Assembly: GCA_022072025.1 (NCBI GenBank)
Contig: JAJVIP010000017.1
Span: 53,462 to 117,461, forward strand
Reading direction: 5' to 3'
From: Elusimicrobiota bacterium
GTDB taxonomy: Bacteria; Elusimicrobiota; Elusimicrobia; F11
Length of the DNA stretch: 64,000 nt
Shown piece by piece: positions 40,654 to 50,376 of the stretch (positions are counted from its first letter, which is position 1; each line of letters begins with the position of its first letter). The notes under the pieces are model-generated. The model made no database searches. It was not told where the DNA came from and was given only the letters and a program-made list of their open reading frames with translations. Position numbers and translations under genes: made by a program.

Positions 40654-41580
40654 ATGCTCGGAACCTACCACATGCAAGCTTTACTCGAAGCCCTTGCGGA
40701 TCTTCATCACATTCACAATGCCTCGCAACTTTATGCATTTGTATTGAACCGGTGTGGCGATGTGTTAAAAGCCCAAGGAGGCACCTTCTATAGCGTGTTT
40801 CAAAGTACCGGCGAACTTTATCCGGAAGCATCCAGAGGAGTTCCGCTTGTATCGTTGCAGGAAATGCCATTCAAAATGTCTTTGGGAATCGCAGGTTGGG
40901 TCGCCACAAATAGAAGCGCTGCTCTTGTGGAAAATGCGCAGTTAGATGAAAGGTTCAACCGGGCGGTTGATGTTCTCACAGGGGTTAAAACGCGCTCTGT
41001 CATTTGTGTCCCGATTGTTCGCCAAGATAAGATTTTGGGGGTCGTCGAATTGGTTAATCGGACGGATGGTATTTTCCGCCCGGCAGACCTCGAGTTTTTA
41101 CAACACCTGAGTAATCAAGTGGGAATTGCTTGGGAAAGTTGCAAATTGTACGAGAAAACCGAAAATTTACTGGCTTATACCGACAGCGTCATTAATAGTT
41201 TGACAGGCGGCTTCATATCCACAGATGTGCAAGGTGTCGTTACTCGTTGCAATCCATCCGCATGCCGTATTCTGGAGATTGATGAAAAGGATGTCTTGGA
41301 CAAACCCCTCCTTAAATCGATTCCCCAATATTCTGCTTTCAGTGCAATTTTAGATGCGACTCAAAAAAATCAATCACCCGTGTTGCGTCAAGAAATTGAA
41401 CTGAAAAAAACAAACGGCTCGACAATAAAGATCGGCTACAGCACTTTTATAATTCGTAGAGGACCCGAAATTCTCGGCGCTGGCATGATCTTTCAGGATT
41501 TGACCCGATTCGTTGCCTCTTCTGTGAACCCAGAAAAAACGGTCTCCGCGAAGTTTCCTGTTGATAACTTGAATACGTAA
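40654..41580 (+). CDS. GAF-PAS domain regulatory protein
   Basis: GAF-like block RSVICVPIVRQDKILGVVELVNR, followed by PAS-like ...GFISTDVQGVVTRCNPSACRILEI. Confidence 0.55.
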   Translation: MLGTYHMQALLEALADLHHIHNASQLYAFVLNRCGDVLKAQGGTFYSVFQSTGELYPEASRGVPLVSLQEMPFKMSLGIAGWVATNRSAALVENAQLDERFNRAVDVLTGVKTRSVICVPIVRQDKILGVVELVNRTDGIFRPADLEFLQHLSNQVGIAWESCKLYEKTENLLAYTDSVINSLTGGFISTDVQGVVTRCNPSACRILEIDEKDVLDKPLLKSIPQYSAFSAILDATQKNQSPVLRQEIELKKTNGSTIKIGYSTFIIRRGPEILGAGMIFQDLTRFVASSVNPEKTVSAKFPVDNLNT

Positions 41581-41895
41581 CCGTTAGCCACCAGTAGTCG
41601 TGTCCGATTCCGCTGCATCACTACTGTCCGGATGTTGGCATGAAAGGATTCCTTTATGTCGGTCAAGATATGGAAAATGCAGGGGGAGGAGCCACGCTGA
41701 TCGGGGCTCTGTTCCTAGTTGGCGAGATGAAAGTGAACACTTTTACAATCTATTATGACAGTGATGTTGCGGCCTCTATCGAGACCGCTGGAACAGGACA
41801 AGTTTATCGATCTTCCTGGGACGAAGTTCTTACCACCTGGTAAACCCTCTCTCCCTATAAAAAAAATTCAAGAATTGATTTGCTACGATTCCATC

Positions 41896-42573
41896 ATGAA
41901 AAATCGTGGACTTTTTTTAACCTTTGAAGGGACTGATGGAGTTGGCAAATCAACCCAAATCAAACTGTTGGCCTCCTGGCTCAAACAAAAGGGCCATTCA
42001 GTCGTATTAACCCGCGAACCTGGCGGCGGCCCCTTGGCGGAAAAAATCCGAGAACTCTTGCTCAACCCCCGCCTCTCCATCGAACCTTTAACCGAACTCT
42101 TTTTGTACGAAGCCGCACGTGTGGAACATGTAAAAAAAGTTATTCAACCCGCCTTAAAAAAAGGAAAAGTGGTGTTGTGTGACCGGTTCACGGATGCCAC
42201 GCTCGCCTATCAAGGACATGCCCGAGGCCTCATGATTCATGCCTTACGGTTAAACGAAATTGCCGCTGGAAACGTCGCACCCAACCTCACATTTCTATTG
42301 GATTTGGCCCCGCATAAAGGGCTTCACCGAGCCAAAGCAAGAAACAAAAACAACCGGGGGGACCGCCTAGAAAATGAAGGATTGGCCTTTCAAAAGAAAG
42401 TTCGCCAAGGATATCGTCTTTTAGCGAAACAGCACCCGGGGCGCATCAAAATTATTCCGGTTCAGGCCAGCCTTCACCAAACACAAGAAATCATACGGGC
42501 GATTCTCGCAAGGAGTCTTCATGGAAATATTGGGACAACCCTTCGTTCTCCATTATTTAAACGAAGGCCTTAG
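41896..42573 (+). CDS. tmk: Thymidylate kinase
   Basis: P-loop FEGTDGVGKSTQ. LID region RGDRLE. Confidence 0.85.
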   Translation: MKNRGLFLTFEGTDGVGKSTQIKLLASWLKQKGHSVVLTREPGGGPLAEKIRELLLNPRLSIEPLTELFLYEAARVEHVKKVIQPALKKGKVVLCDRFTDATLAYQGHARGLMIHALRLNEIAAGNVAPNLTFLLDLAPHKGLHRAKARNKNNRGDRLENEGLAFQKKVRQGYRLLAKQHPGRIKIIPVQASLHQTQEIIRAILARSLHGNIGTTLRSPLFKRRP

Positions 42574-43492
42574 GCAGGGCCGGCTCAGTCCGAGCCTTTT
42601 TTTTGTGGGACCCGATGGCGTGGGCAAGCGCCTTTGCGCCATTGAGCTTGCCAAATGTTTTGCCTGTGAAGAGCTTGCAGACCGAAAGATTGCCAGGGCG
42701 ACGAAAAAAATAAACGAATGGGTTAACAATGAATCTCTGCCGCGTTGCGGCAACTGCCAGGCATGCCGAAAAATTTCAGAAAACAACCACGCCGACGTGC
42801 TTCTCATCAACCGCGACCTACAGGCAACCATCCTCAAGGAAAAACTCGGAAGTCAAACTGCTATCAAGATTGATTCCATTCGTTATCTGAACAAATTTTT
42901 AAGTTTGAAACCCATCGAAAGTCAAAGACGCGTGGTGATTGTTGATGAGGCCCACCTCATGAACACCGAAGCCGCCAATGCCTTGCTGAAAATTTTGGAG
43001 GAACCCCCACAACAGGCTCAACTTATTTTATTGGCAAACAACGAACAGGCCCTGCCCTCCACCGTGCGTTCTCGTTGTGCCATCGTCAGATTTCGTTCCA
43101 TCCCCGTTAAAATTATGTCCGATTGGCTTGAAAGGGAACACGCGGTGTCAGAATCCAAGGCCATTGAACTGGCGGACCGGTCCGGAGGATCGTTTGAAAA
43201 GGCTCTGGCCTTCAAAGATGAAGACCGCCCCAGCACCGATTTATCGGATTACACGCTTGACGAATTTTTTACCCTTTTGGCTTCCACCAATTGGAAAAAA
43301 GAAGGGAGAAAAAGAGCCGAAACGGCTGTAACCCAGTTAATTGAGTCCAGTCAAAAAAAATTGGAGGAGGGAGACTTAAACCAAAGAGTTCGTCTTCAAA
43401 CTCTGCTCGACGCCCGGAAACATCTCGACAACAACGTGCCAGCCAAACTTGTGTTGGAAAATTTATACATCAAACTAGAAGGAGTCCGATGA
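42521..43492 (+). CDS. holB: DNA polymerase III delta-prime subunit
   Basis: FVGPDGVGK, zinc module CGNCQACRK, VVIVDEAHLMN and SRC arginine-finger motif. Confidence 0.8.
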   Translation: MEILGQPFVLHYLNEGLRQGRLSPSLFFVGPDGVGKRLCAIELAKCFACEELADRKIARATKKINEWVNNESLPRCGNCQACRKISENNHADVLLINRDLQATILKEKLGSQTAIKIDSIRYLNKFLSLKPIESQRRVVIVDEAHLMNTEAANALLKILEEPPQQAQLILLANNEQALPSTVRSRCAIVRFRSIPVKIMSDWLEREHAVSESKAIELADRSGGSFEKALAFKDEDRPSTDLSDYTLDEFFTLLASTNWKKEGRKRAETAVTQLIESSQKKLEEGDLNQRVRLQTLLDARKHLDNNVPAKLVLENLYIKLEGVR

Positions 43493-45000
43493 AAACCATC
43501 TATTTAACAACACCTCTTTATTATGTGAATGATGTGCCCCACATCGGGCACGCCTATACCACCATCGCCGCTGACATCTTGGCACGATGGAATCGATTGA
43601 ATGGGAAAAAGGTTTTCTTCCTCACAGGGACCGATGAACATGGCGCAAAAATCGCCGCCGCCGCGGAAAAAACGGGGGAGTCTCCCCAAGACTTCGTAAA
43701 CCGCATAGCCAGCGAGTACAAAAAAACTTGGACTGTTCTCAATATTTCCTACGACGACTTTATTCAAACATCAGAACCTCGTCACAAAAAAGCGGTTCAA
43801 CAGGTTTTTGAAAAACTCAAATCCTCGGGGGATATCACCAAAGGTATTTATGAGGATTGGTATTGCCTTCACGATGAATCCTACTTCTCCGAAAGTGAAT
43901 TGATCGATAAAAAATGCCCGAGTTGTGGACGAGACGTTCAAAAACTAAAAGAAGAGAGCTACTTCTTTAAACTATCTAAATACCAACAATCCCTGCTTGA
44001 TCATTATGAGAAACACCCTGAATTTCTTTCTCCACCCCAACGGGCGGGAGAAATTATTAATTTTGTTAGGTCAGGACTGAGAGATCTCTCCGTTTCGCGA
44101 ACTCGGGTGTCGTGGGGAGTTCCAATTGAATCAGATCCTTCTCACACGGTGTATGTTTGGTTTGACGCGCTCCTCAATTACATTTCTGCTCCCCCCGAAA
44201 ACGTCTGGCCCGCGGATGTTCATTTGGTCGGGAAAGAGATTTTCCGATTCCATACCGTCATTTGGCCGGCCATGTTGATGGCGCTTGGAAAACCGCTTCC
44301 AAAAAAAGTGTTTGCTCATGGATGGTGGACGGTGGAAGGGACCAAAATGTCCAAATCTTTGGGCAATGTGGTTGACCCAATTAAAATGTCCGAAGAATAT
44401 GGCGTGGACGCCTTTCGCTATTTCTTGTTTCGAGAAGTTCCCTTTGGAGCCGATGGGGATTTTTCAGAAAAATCGCTGCTCACCCGTTACAACGCTGAGC
44501 TCGCCAACAACCTGGGGAATTTGGTGCAGCGCACCACAACTCTCATAACAAAAAACTTCAACGGATTGATCCCTCCGGCGCAACCCTCAAGTGAATTGCT
44601 GGCCAATGTCGCTAAATTGGCCCAAACCCTTCAAAATCAATATGAGAATTTGGCTTTGGGGGGGGTGCTCGAATCCCTTTTTGGGTTAATGATAAGAACC
44701 AACAAATACATTGATGACCAAGCCCCGTGGAAATTGACTGTGGATCAAAAAGCCCAGCTTGAAAAAATCCTTTGGGAATGTCTCTTGGTCATTAAAGTCT
44801 TGGCGGTATATCTGCATCCCTTCATGCCAAAAAAAACCCAAGAGATTTGGGAAAGAATGGGAGAAATCAATAAGCTGGAAAATGATGCGCCACTTATTTT
44901 GGCCCAATTTTCGGAAGGAAAACTGCCTCTTTTTTCCAAAGGCCAGACCATTCTAAAAGCAGACCCGCTCTTCATGCGAAAAGGCGGTCGATGGAAATAA
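43489..45000 (+). CDS. metG: Methionine--tRNA ligase (short form without the C-terminal tRNA-binding domain)
   Basis: HIGH motif PHIGHAYT, KMSKS motif, and one zinc knuckle CPSCGR. Confidence 0.9.
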   Translation: MKTIYLTTPLYYVNDVPHIGHAYTTIAADILARWNRLNGKKVFFLTGTDEHGAKIAAAAEKTGESPQDFVNRIASEYKKTWTVLNISYDDFIQTSEPRHKKAVQQVFEKLKSSGDITKGIYEDWYCLHDESYFSESELIDKKCPSCGRDVQKLKEESYFFKLSKYQQSLLDHYEKHPEFLSPPQRAGEIINFVRSGLRDLSVSRTRVSWGVPIESDPSHTVYVWFDALLNYISAPPENVWPADVHLVGKEIFRFHTVIWPAMLMALGKPLPKKVFAHGWWTVEGTKMSKSLGNVVDPIKMSEEYGVDAFRYFLFREVPFGADGDFSEKSLLTRYNAELANNLGNLVQRTTTLITKNFNGLIPPAQPSSELLANVAKLAQTLQNQYENLALGGVLESLFGLMIRTNKYIDDQAPWKLTVDQKAQLEKILWECLLVIKVLAVYLHPFMPKKTQEIWERMGEINKLENDAPLILAQFSEGKLPLFSKGQTILKADPLFMRKGGRWK

Positions 45001-45046
45001 TAAATGAGGGGTTGACAAAAACGGCTCAACCAGATAAAAAATATCC

Positions 45047-45433
45047 ATGAAAAAACGGCACAAAATTCTCATTGTGGATGATGAAGAAAACATCGCCTCT
45101 TCTATGAGTGATCTTCTGGAAATGAAGGGATACGAAGTCAAAAGCGCCAACAATGGCGTCGAGGGGCTCAAAATTTTGGCAGATGAACCCATCGACTTGG
45201 TTCTTTTGGATCTCAAAATGCCCCGCATGGACGGTTATATGTTCATGGAACATTTAAAGGAACGCTGGGAAAATGGAGACAAACGATTTCCGCTTCCCCA
45301 AATTATTGTGATGACGGCCGTAGACAAAAAAAATGATCTGGGTTTGGCCAATAATCTCGGGGCCGTTGAATATTTAAATAAACCTTATAAATCTGACGAT
45401 TTGTTGTCCCTTCTTAAAAAACTACTGAAATAA
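45047..45433 (+). CDS. Single-domain response regulator (CheY-like)
   Basis: ILIVDDEENIA...LVLLDLKMPRMDG receiver motifs. Confidence 0.8.
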   Translation: MKKRHKILIVDDEENIASSMSDLLEMKGYEVKSANNGVEGLKILADEPIDLVLLDLKMPRMDGYMFMEHLKERWENGDKRFPLPQIIVMTAVDKKNDLGLANNLGAVEYLNKPYKSDDLLSLLKKLLK

Positions 45434-45504
45434 TCCTCCTCTCGCCTTCATAAGATCACTTGGCTGTCATCGGTTTGTCGATGATTCCCTGCTATTTTGA
45501 CCCC

Positions 45505-45996
45505 ATGGAAAGACGAAAATACAAACGGTTCTCCGCGACAGCATTTTTAAACCGGCCGGTCACGCTAACTCCCGTTCCGCCTTTTTTTGGGAAACCCATC
45601 AAGGGTAAGTTGATCGATTTGTCTGCTGGAGGACTCTCCATGCTGATTCATCAAATTATTCCTCAGGGGACGCACTTGCAATTGACCCTCGTATTTCCAG
45701 ATCAAACCCGCTTAGAATGCGAAACTCAAGTGAAGCACATGCTTCCCCGGGACCGGAATTATCTACACGGATTTGAATTCCTCAACATCGATCCATCATG
45801 GGTTACGCGAATCAATGATATGTCCTCCCACTTCATTGACTGTGAGCGCCGTATTCAATCGGCTGACATCAATCCCTGCATTGGAAGCCAATGCGCTTTT
45901 TTTAACATGTGCAACAAACAAGAACGAGTCAACCTCCTTGTCAACATCGATGACGAATTGCTGCTGAACTTGGCTGTTTTAGAATTTCACCGTTAA
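45505..45996 (+). CDS. PilZ-domain protein (putative c-di-GMP receptor)
   Basis: RRKYKRF...DLSAGGLS matches the PilZ RxxxR / D-x-S-x-x-G pattern. Confidence 0.55.
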   Translation: MERRKYKRFSATAFLNRPVTLTPVPPFFGKPIKGKLIDLSAGGLSMLIHQIIPQGTHLQLTLVFPDQTRLECETQVKHMLPRDRNYLHGFEFLNIDPSWVTRINDMSSHFIDCERRIQSADINPCIGSQCAFFNMCNKQERVNLLVNIDDELLLNLAVLEFHR

Positions 45997-46071
45997 CACC
46001 CTCTCCGCTGTCAAAGCTCTTGATTATTTCCTATGTTTCACCCGCTTTTTCAATTCATTTTCGGAGGCCAC

Positions 46072-46542
46072 ATGAATAAATACGTTCTGGTCATTTTGTT
46101 GACGTGCGCTGCCAACGCGGGATGCGCCCTTAAACAAGGGAATCCCGCACCCACGACGACCAATACAACCAAGGAATCACCAAAGGAGTCATCATCTGTG
46201 AAAACAATTAAAACGTCATCGGGTCTTCAATACGTCGATATCAAAGAAGGAACTGGGGAAAGTCCCAAAAACGGACAGAGGGTCACAGTCCACTACACCG
46301 GAAAATTAAAAGATGGAACCAAATTTGACAGCTCCGTGGACCGTGGAGAACCCTTCACCTTTATCATCGGTGTAGGACAAGTCATCAAAGGTTGGGACGA
46401 AGGCGTGGCCACCATGAAAGTGGGGGGACAACGAACTCTGATTATTCCATCCCAATTGGGATATGGAGAACGGGGCGCCGGCAATGTTATTCCACCGAAC
46501 GCTGAACTGCATTTTGACGTGGAGCTTCTTGGAATAAAATAA
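46072..46542 (+). CDS. FKBP-type peptidyl-prolyl cis-trans isomerase (lipoprotein)
   Basis: Lipobox NAGC. FKBP core [18 protein letters not shown]...[12 protein letters not shown]. Confidence 0.8.
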   Translation: MNKYVLVILLTCAANAGCALKQGNPAPTTTNTTKESPKESSSVKTIKTSSGLQYVDIKEGTGESPKNGQRVTVHYTGKLKDGTKFDSSVDRGEPFTFIIGVGQVIKGWDEGVATMKVGGQRTLIIPSQLGYGERGAGNVIPPNAELHFDVELLGIK

Positions 46543-47342
46543 TGCAACGTGGTGAAGAGGGCTGGTTTGAAACCCATGCTCACCTCAGCGATGCGAAATT
46601 TGATTCGGACCGAGACCAAGTCATTGAGAGAGCATTTTCAGCCGGTATTGGGGCCATTGTTGAAATCGCTGACGGGCCTACCGAATGGCCCAAAGCGAAA
46701 CAACTTGCGGAGCGCTATTCTGGAAAACTATGGTGGGCGGCGGGACTTCATCCGTATTACGCTGACCAATCTGCACCCCCTCTTTGGCGGGAATTAAAAG
46801 GCCTGACCCAACATCCTCAATTTGTGGCCATTGGTGAAATTGGTCTCGACTATGCCAAATGTCCGATCCCACAGGATGTTCAAAAAGAGGCCTTCATCAA
46901 CGGCATCGAACTCGCCTTGCAGACTCATAAACCCATGATCATTCACTGCCGGGAAGCCTATACAGACCTCATGCCCCTCTTGAGATCGTATATTTCAAAT
47001 GCATCGAACCCTGGTGTCATCCATTGCTTTTCTGGCAATCGAGAAAATGCAGAAGAACTCATTCACATGGGTTTTTATCTGGGAGTCGATGGCCCTCTTA
47101 CCTACCCCAGTGCGACCGCCCTGAGAGAAGCTCTTCAAACTATTCCAAACGATAAACTGGTTCTCGAAACCGACAGTCCCTACCTTCCACCTCAAACCCA
47201 CCGCGGCCAAAGAAATGAGCCAAGCCTCTTACCAGAAATCGGAAATCACCTGGCCTGGTTGCGTAACATTTCGCCTAAAGAAATGACCAAGATCACTTAT
47301 CTCAACAGCAAAAAACTCTTCCGCCTAAATCCGCTCGAATAA
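46542..47342 (+). CDS. tatD: TatD-family metal-dependent hydrolase
   Basis: ETHAHL...GEIGLDY...HCREA..D.. TatD motifs. Confidence 0.85.
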   Translation: MQRGEEGWFETHAHLSDAKFDSDRDQVIERAFSAGIGAIVEIADGPTEWPKAKQLAERYSGKLWWAAGLHPYYADQSAPPLWRELKGLTQHPQFVAIGEIGLDYAKCPIPQDVQKEAFINGIELALQTHKPMIIHCREAYTDLMPLLRSYISNASNPGVIHCFSGNRENAEELIHMGFYLGVDGPLTYPSATALREALQTIPNDKLVLETDSPYLPPQTHRGQRNEPSLLPEIGNHLAWLRNISPKEMTKITYLNSKKLFRLNPLE

Positions 47343-47463
47343 TCAACTGGATTGTTTTCCTCTAGGATTCAGATAAAGTACTTGCGCTGAATCTCAAGTC
47401 CACTTAAGTTTGAGACGTATGCACCTCCGTCACAAACCTAACCCGCCGTTCTTGGGAAAAGTG

Positions 47464-49143
47464 ATGGCCAGTTTGGCTGTTATGACCATTTCTTTTTCTC
47501 TTCTCTCCCCATCTCAAGCCGCCCCGGTTAAAAAAAACAAAACATCTGATGCCGCTAAAGTGTCCGAGAAAACAGAAGCAGGTGAGACAAAAGTTCCGGG
47601 GAAAATTGAATCCGTTACCCGCAAAGTCGAGGTCTTTAGAGCAGGATCAAACGGATGGAAAAAAGCCCAAAGCAGCACACCTCTTTCTCCGGCCGACAAA
47701 ATAAAAACCGGCACCCGATCTGTGGCCCGAGTCAAATTGGCTGATGGGACAAAAATTTTACTGCTCCAAAATTCCCAAGCGGAAGTGGAGAAACTTTCCA
47801 GCGTTCAAAAAAGCATCAAACTCCTCAAAGGACGTATTCGCGCCATCGTTTCAAAGATGAAAGGCGGTAACAATTTCCAGATAAACACCCCCGTGGGCGT
47901 GGCCAGTGTTCGCGGGACTGATTTCGAAGTAAGCGTCGAAGGAGATGAAAAATCACCTCAAATGCAGGTCTCGGTGAATGAAGGGCAAGTGGGGGTTTCT
48001 AAATTGGGGGATATGTCCCAGGAAGTGGTGTTGAACGCAGGGGAAAGCATTAAATTTGGGTTTGAAGGAGATATGGGAACCCCCATCCGATCAGGTTCTC
48101 TCCCTGGGGACCGAGACACGGTGAGAACGGAGATTCAAATCGCCAAATCCAAAGAGGCGATGCTGGCCATGGCCGCCGAAGAATCCCGCCAAGCGGATTA
48201 CCAAACCGGAAAATCATTGATGGATGTGGACGGACAACGGGTTCGAGTTGAGGAATACATTATGCGTCCCCGCGCCGATCAATTTAAATTGGTGGTTCTC
48301 AATGAGCGCCCTGAACGATTTGACTACTTCACTTACAAAGGAACCTTCAACACCGACCTCCCTGAAGATCTCTCCATTGCGCTTGGACAAGTGGCTGGAA
48401 AAGTGGGAGCCACCGCTCCTGATTATTATTTGAGGGAATATGAAACCGTCGCCTCCAACACAGTGGATACCGTTTCCGATTCCGCTTCGGGCGGACATTT
48501 GGTGAAGATAGATTTCGATGGAACCAATTACACCCTGACCGATAACGAAGATGCCACCAACACGCGGGTCGTTGAAGCGGCCGCCTTACAGCCTGACGGT
48601 TCGTATAAAATTTACAACCCCATTCGCGATTCATTTTCTCTTGTTTCCGCCGCCAATAAAACAGAGGCCTTAAAAGTTGGGGTGGTCGATGGCGGAAACT
48701 ATCGCAATCTCACGGGGGGCGACACCTACTGGAAAACCCGGTTTAACACGTACGCAATGTTCGTGAACAGCACGGGAAAAACCGCCTATGAAAAGAAAGG
48801 CAGTGTCACCAACACGCTCGCCGTCGATTTGGACGCGAACTTCTCCAATGCCCCCATCACCTCCATAACGGAATTTCCCGATGGAACCAGTCAACTCCAC
48901 AATAAATTGAGCCTCTTCTACGCGGACGGATCAAAATTGGTCTATGACAATTACATCATCGATGACGAAGGGAATATGGTTCCTGCGTCCACTTTCAACG
49001 GGATATCAACAAGCGCTGAATATAAAAACATTTTGGACACTTTAAACTACCAACAAAACATCACTGCCACCGAAATGGGATCTCGGTCCATTCGATTGGT
49101 CATCGATCCGCGAATTGGAACCAAATCGGGGTTGATCCAATAA
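47464..49143 (+). CDS. Secreted FecR-domain protein
   Basis: Signal peptide MASLAVMTISFSLLSPSQA. FecR-like block ADGTKILLL...GVASVRGTDFEVSV. Confidence 0.5.
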   Translation: MASLAVMTISFSLLSPSQAAPVKKNKTSDAAKVSEKTEAGETKVPGKIESVTRKVEVFRAGSNGWKKAQSSTPLSPADKIKTGTRSVARVKLADGTKILLLQNSQAEVEKLSSVQKSIKLLKGRIRAIVSKMKGGNNFQINTPVGVASVRGTDFEVSVEGDEKSPQMQVSVNEGQVGVSKLGDMSQEVVLNAGESIKFGFEGDMGTPIRSGSLPGDRDTVRTEIQIAKSKEAMLAMAAEESRQADYQTGKSLMDVDGQRVRVEEYIMRPRADQFKLVVLNERPERFDYFTYKGTFNTDLPEDLSIALGQVAGKVGATAPDYYLREYETVASNTVDTVSDSASGGHLVKIDFDGTNYTLTDNEDATNTRVVEAAALQPDGSYKIYNPIRDSFSLVSAANKTEALKVGVVDGGNYRNLTGGDTYWKTRFNTYAMFVNSTGKTAYEKKGSVTNTLAVDLDANFSNAPITSITEFPDGTSQLHNKLSLFYADGSKLVYDNYIIDDEGNMVPASTFNGISTSAEYKNILDTLNYQQNITATEMGSRSIRLVIDPRIGTKSGLIQ

Positions 49144-49161
49144 TTTGACAGAGGGGTCTTC

Positions 49162-50376
49162 ATGAAATCTCGTGTTCTCTTGTTTATCTTAGCTTCAATG
49201 CTGAGCCATATATCCATGGCTGGCCCTCAATACATTCCAGTCATCAACGGTCTTTTCACAACGGGACAATGGTATTTTGAAGGCGATAAAAGTGAGTTGG
49301 GTGGAAATGCCGCGATCACGTTCGTTCCTGCCCTCAAGTACTCCGATAAATTCACACTGATTCCTACTGTACAAAGCTATTACCATGGCACACGCACCGC
49401 GGAAGAGTTGGCGGGGGGAAATACTTTATTTCAAGATACCTGGGACAATGGCATCGGAGTCAAAGCTGTCCATTCATTGAATGAAAAATGGAACATCAAG
49501 GAAAATATAGGCGCTCGTTTTAAATGGTTCCGTGAGACCACCGATGAACGATGGACCCATGGACTCTATGATTACCGAATTCTTAATGCGGGCTTGGAAG
49601 CGGAACGAAAGTGGGGGAAAAAAACCAGCATCGCGGCGGGGTATGATATTTCTCTTCTCCAATTTCCCAACTATGTTTCCTTGGAGTCCAGTCAAAGCGA
49701 GGATCGTTCCAGAGAATATGCGGGTGAAAATGTTCTCGATACCCGCAGCCATCTTTTTTCCCTTCGGATCAAGGCCCCGCTTTTTTGGGGACTCTCCACC
49801 TCACTGAACTCATTTTTAACCCCTCGATATTACACCGATCAACATGTGGTTCAATTAACAGGTCTTTTGTCAGCCACAACACGAGATGACCTTTTTTCCA
49901 GCAACACCCTCTCGATCGATCGGGTATTTACCCTCTTTCGAAAAACGAAACTCATCTCGACCGTTATCGTTGGACACAACAGCCTCGATTCCAATCAAAA
50001 CCATTATGACGCCAAGCAAACTTACTTCGCGGCCAACTATTACGACTACGATCAAAATATCGCTGGTCTCCAAATGAACTACGCCTTTGGCAGCAAAATG
50101 CAAAGTCCCATGCTGATCAACTTGGGATACAACTATTCTCATCGCAACTACCGTTCTAGAACCATCCAAGACGCGGATGGAGCCTATTTGAATGAAAAAC
50201 TCTATTTGATCGAACAAGCCATTAATCTTGGTTTTAGTTATCCGCTTGCAAAAAATTTCAGAGTCAAAATGTCCACCACTTTTGCCCAAAGCAAATCCAA
50301 CAACAATTTTGAATCACTCTATCGATACAACTATCACAACTCGGAATATCAATTTGGATTCACTTATGATTATTAA
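49162..50376 (+). CDS. Outer-membrane beta-barrel protein of unknown function
   Basis: Signal peptide. Tyr/Gly-rich alternating strands. C-terminal aromatic ...FGFTYDY. Good RBS GAGGGG. Confidence 0.45.
   Translation: MKSRVLLFILASMLSHISMAGPQYIPVINGLFTTGQWYFEGDKSELGGNAAITFVPALKYSDKFTLIPTVQSYYHGTRTAEELAGGNTLFQDTWDNGIGVKAVHSLNEKWNIKENIGARFKWFRETTDERWTHGLYDYRILNAGLEAERKWGKKTSIAAGYDISLLQFPNYVSLESSQSEDRSREYAGENVLDTRSHLFSLRIKAPLFWGLSTSLNSFLTPRYYTDQHVVQLTGLLSATTRDDLFSSNTLSIDRVFTLFRKTKLISTVIVGHNSLDSNQNHYDAKQTYFAANYYDYDQNIAGLQMNYAFGSKMQSPMLINLGYNYSHRNYRSRTIQDADGAYLNEKLYLIEQAINLGFSYPLAKNFRVKMSTTFAQSKSNNNFESLYRYNYHNSEYQFGFTYDY

Noticed and set aside
41640-41843. 67-aa ORF between the GAF-PAS gene and tmk (MKGFLYVGQDMENAGGG...)
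   Set aside because: Weak RBS, no recognisable domain, and it sits in a region with an inverted repeat (CAGTAGT...ACTACTG). It may be real but is unsupported.
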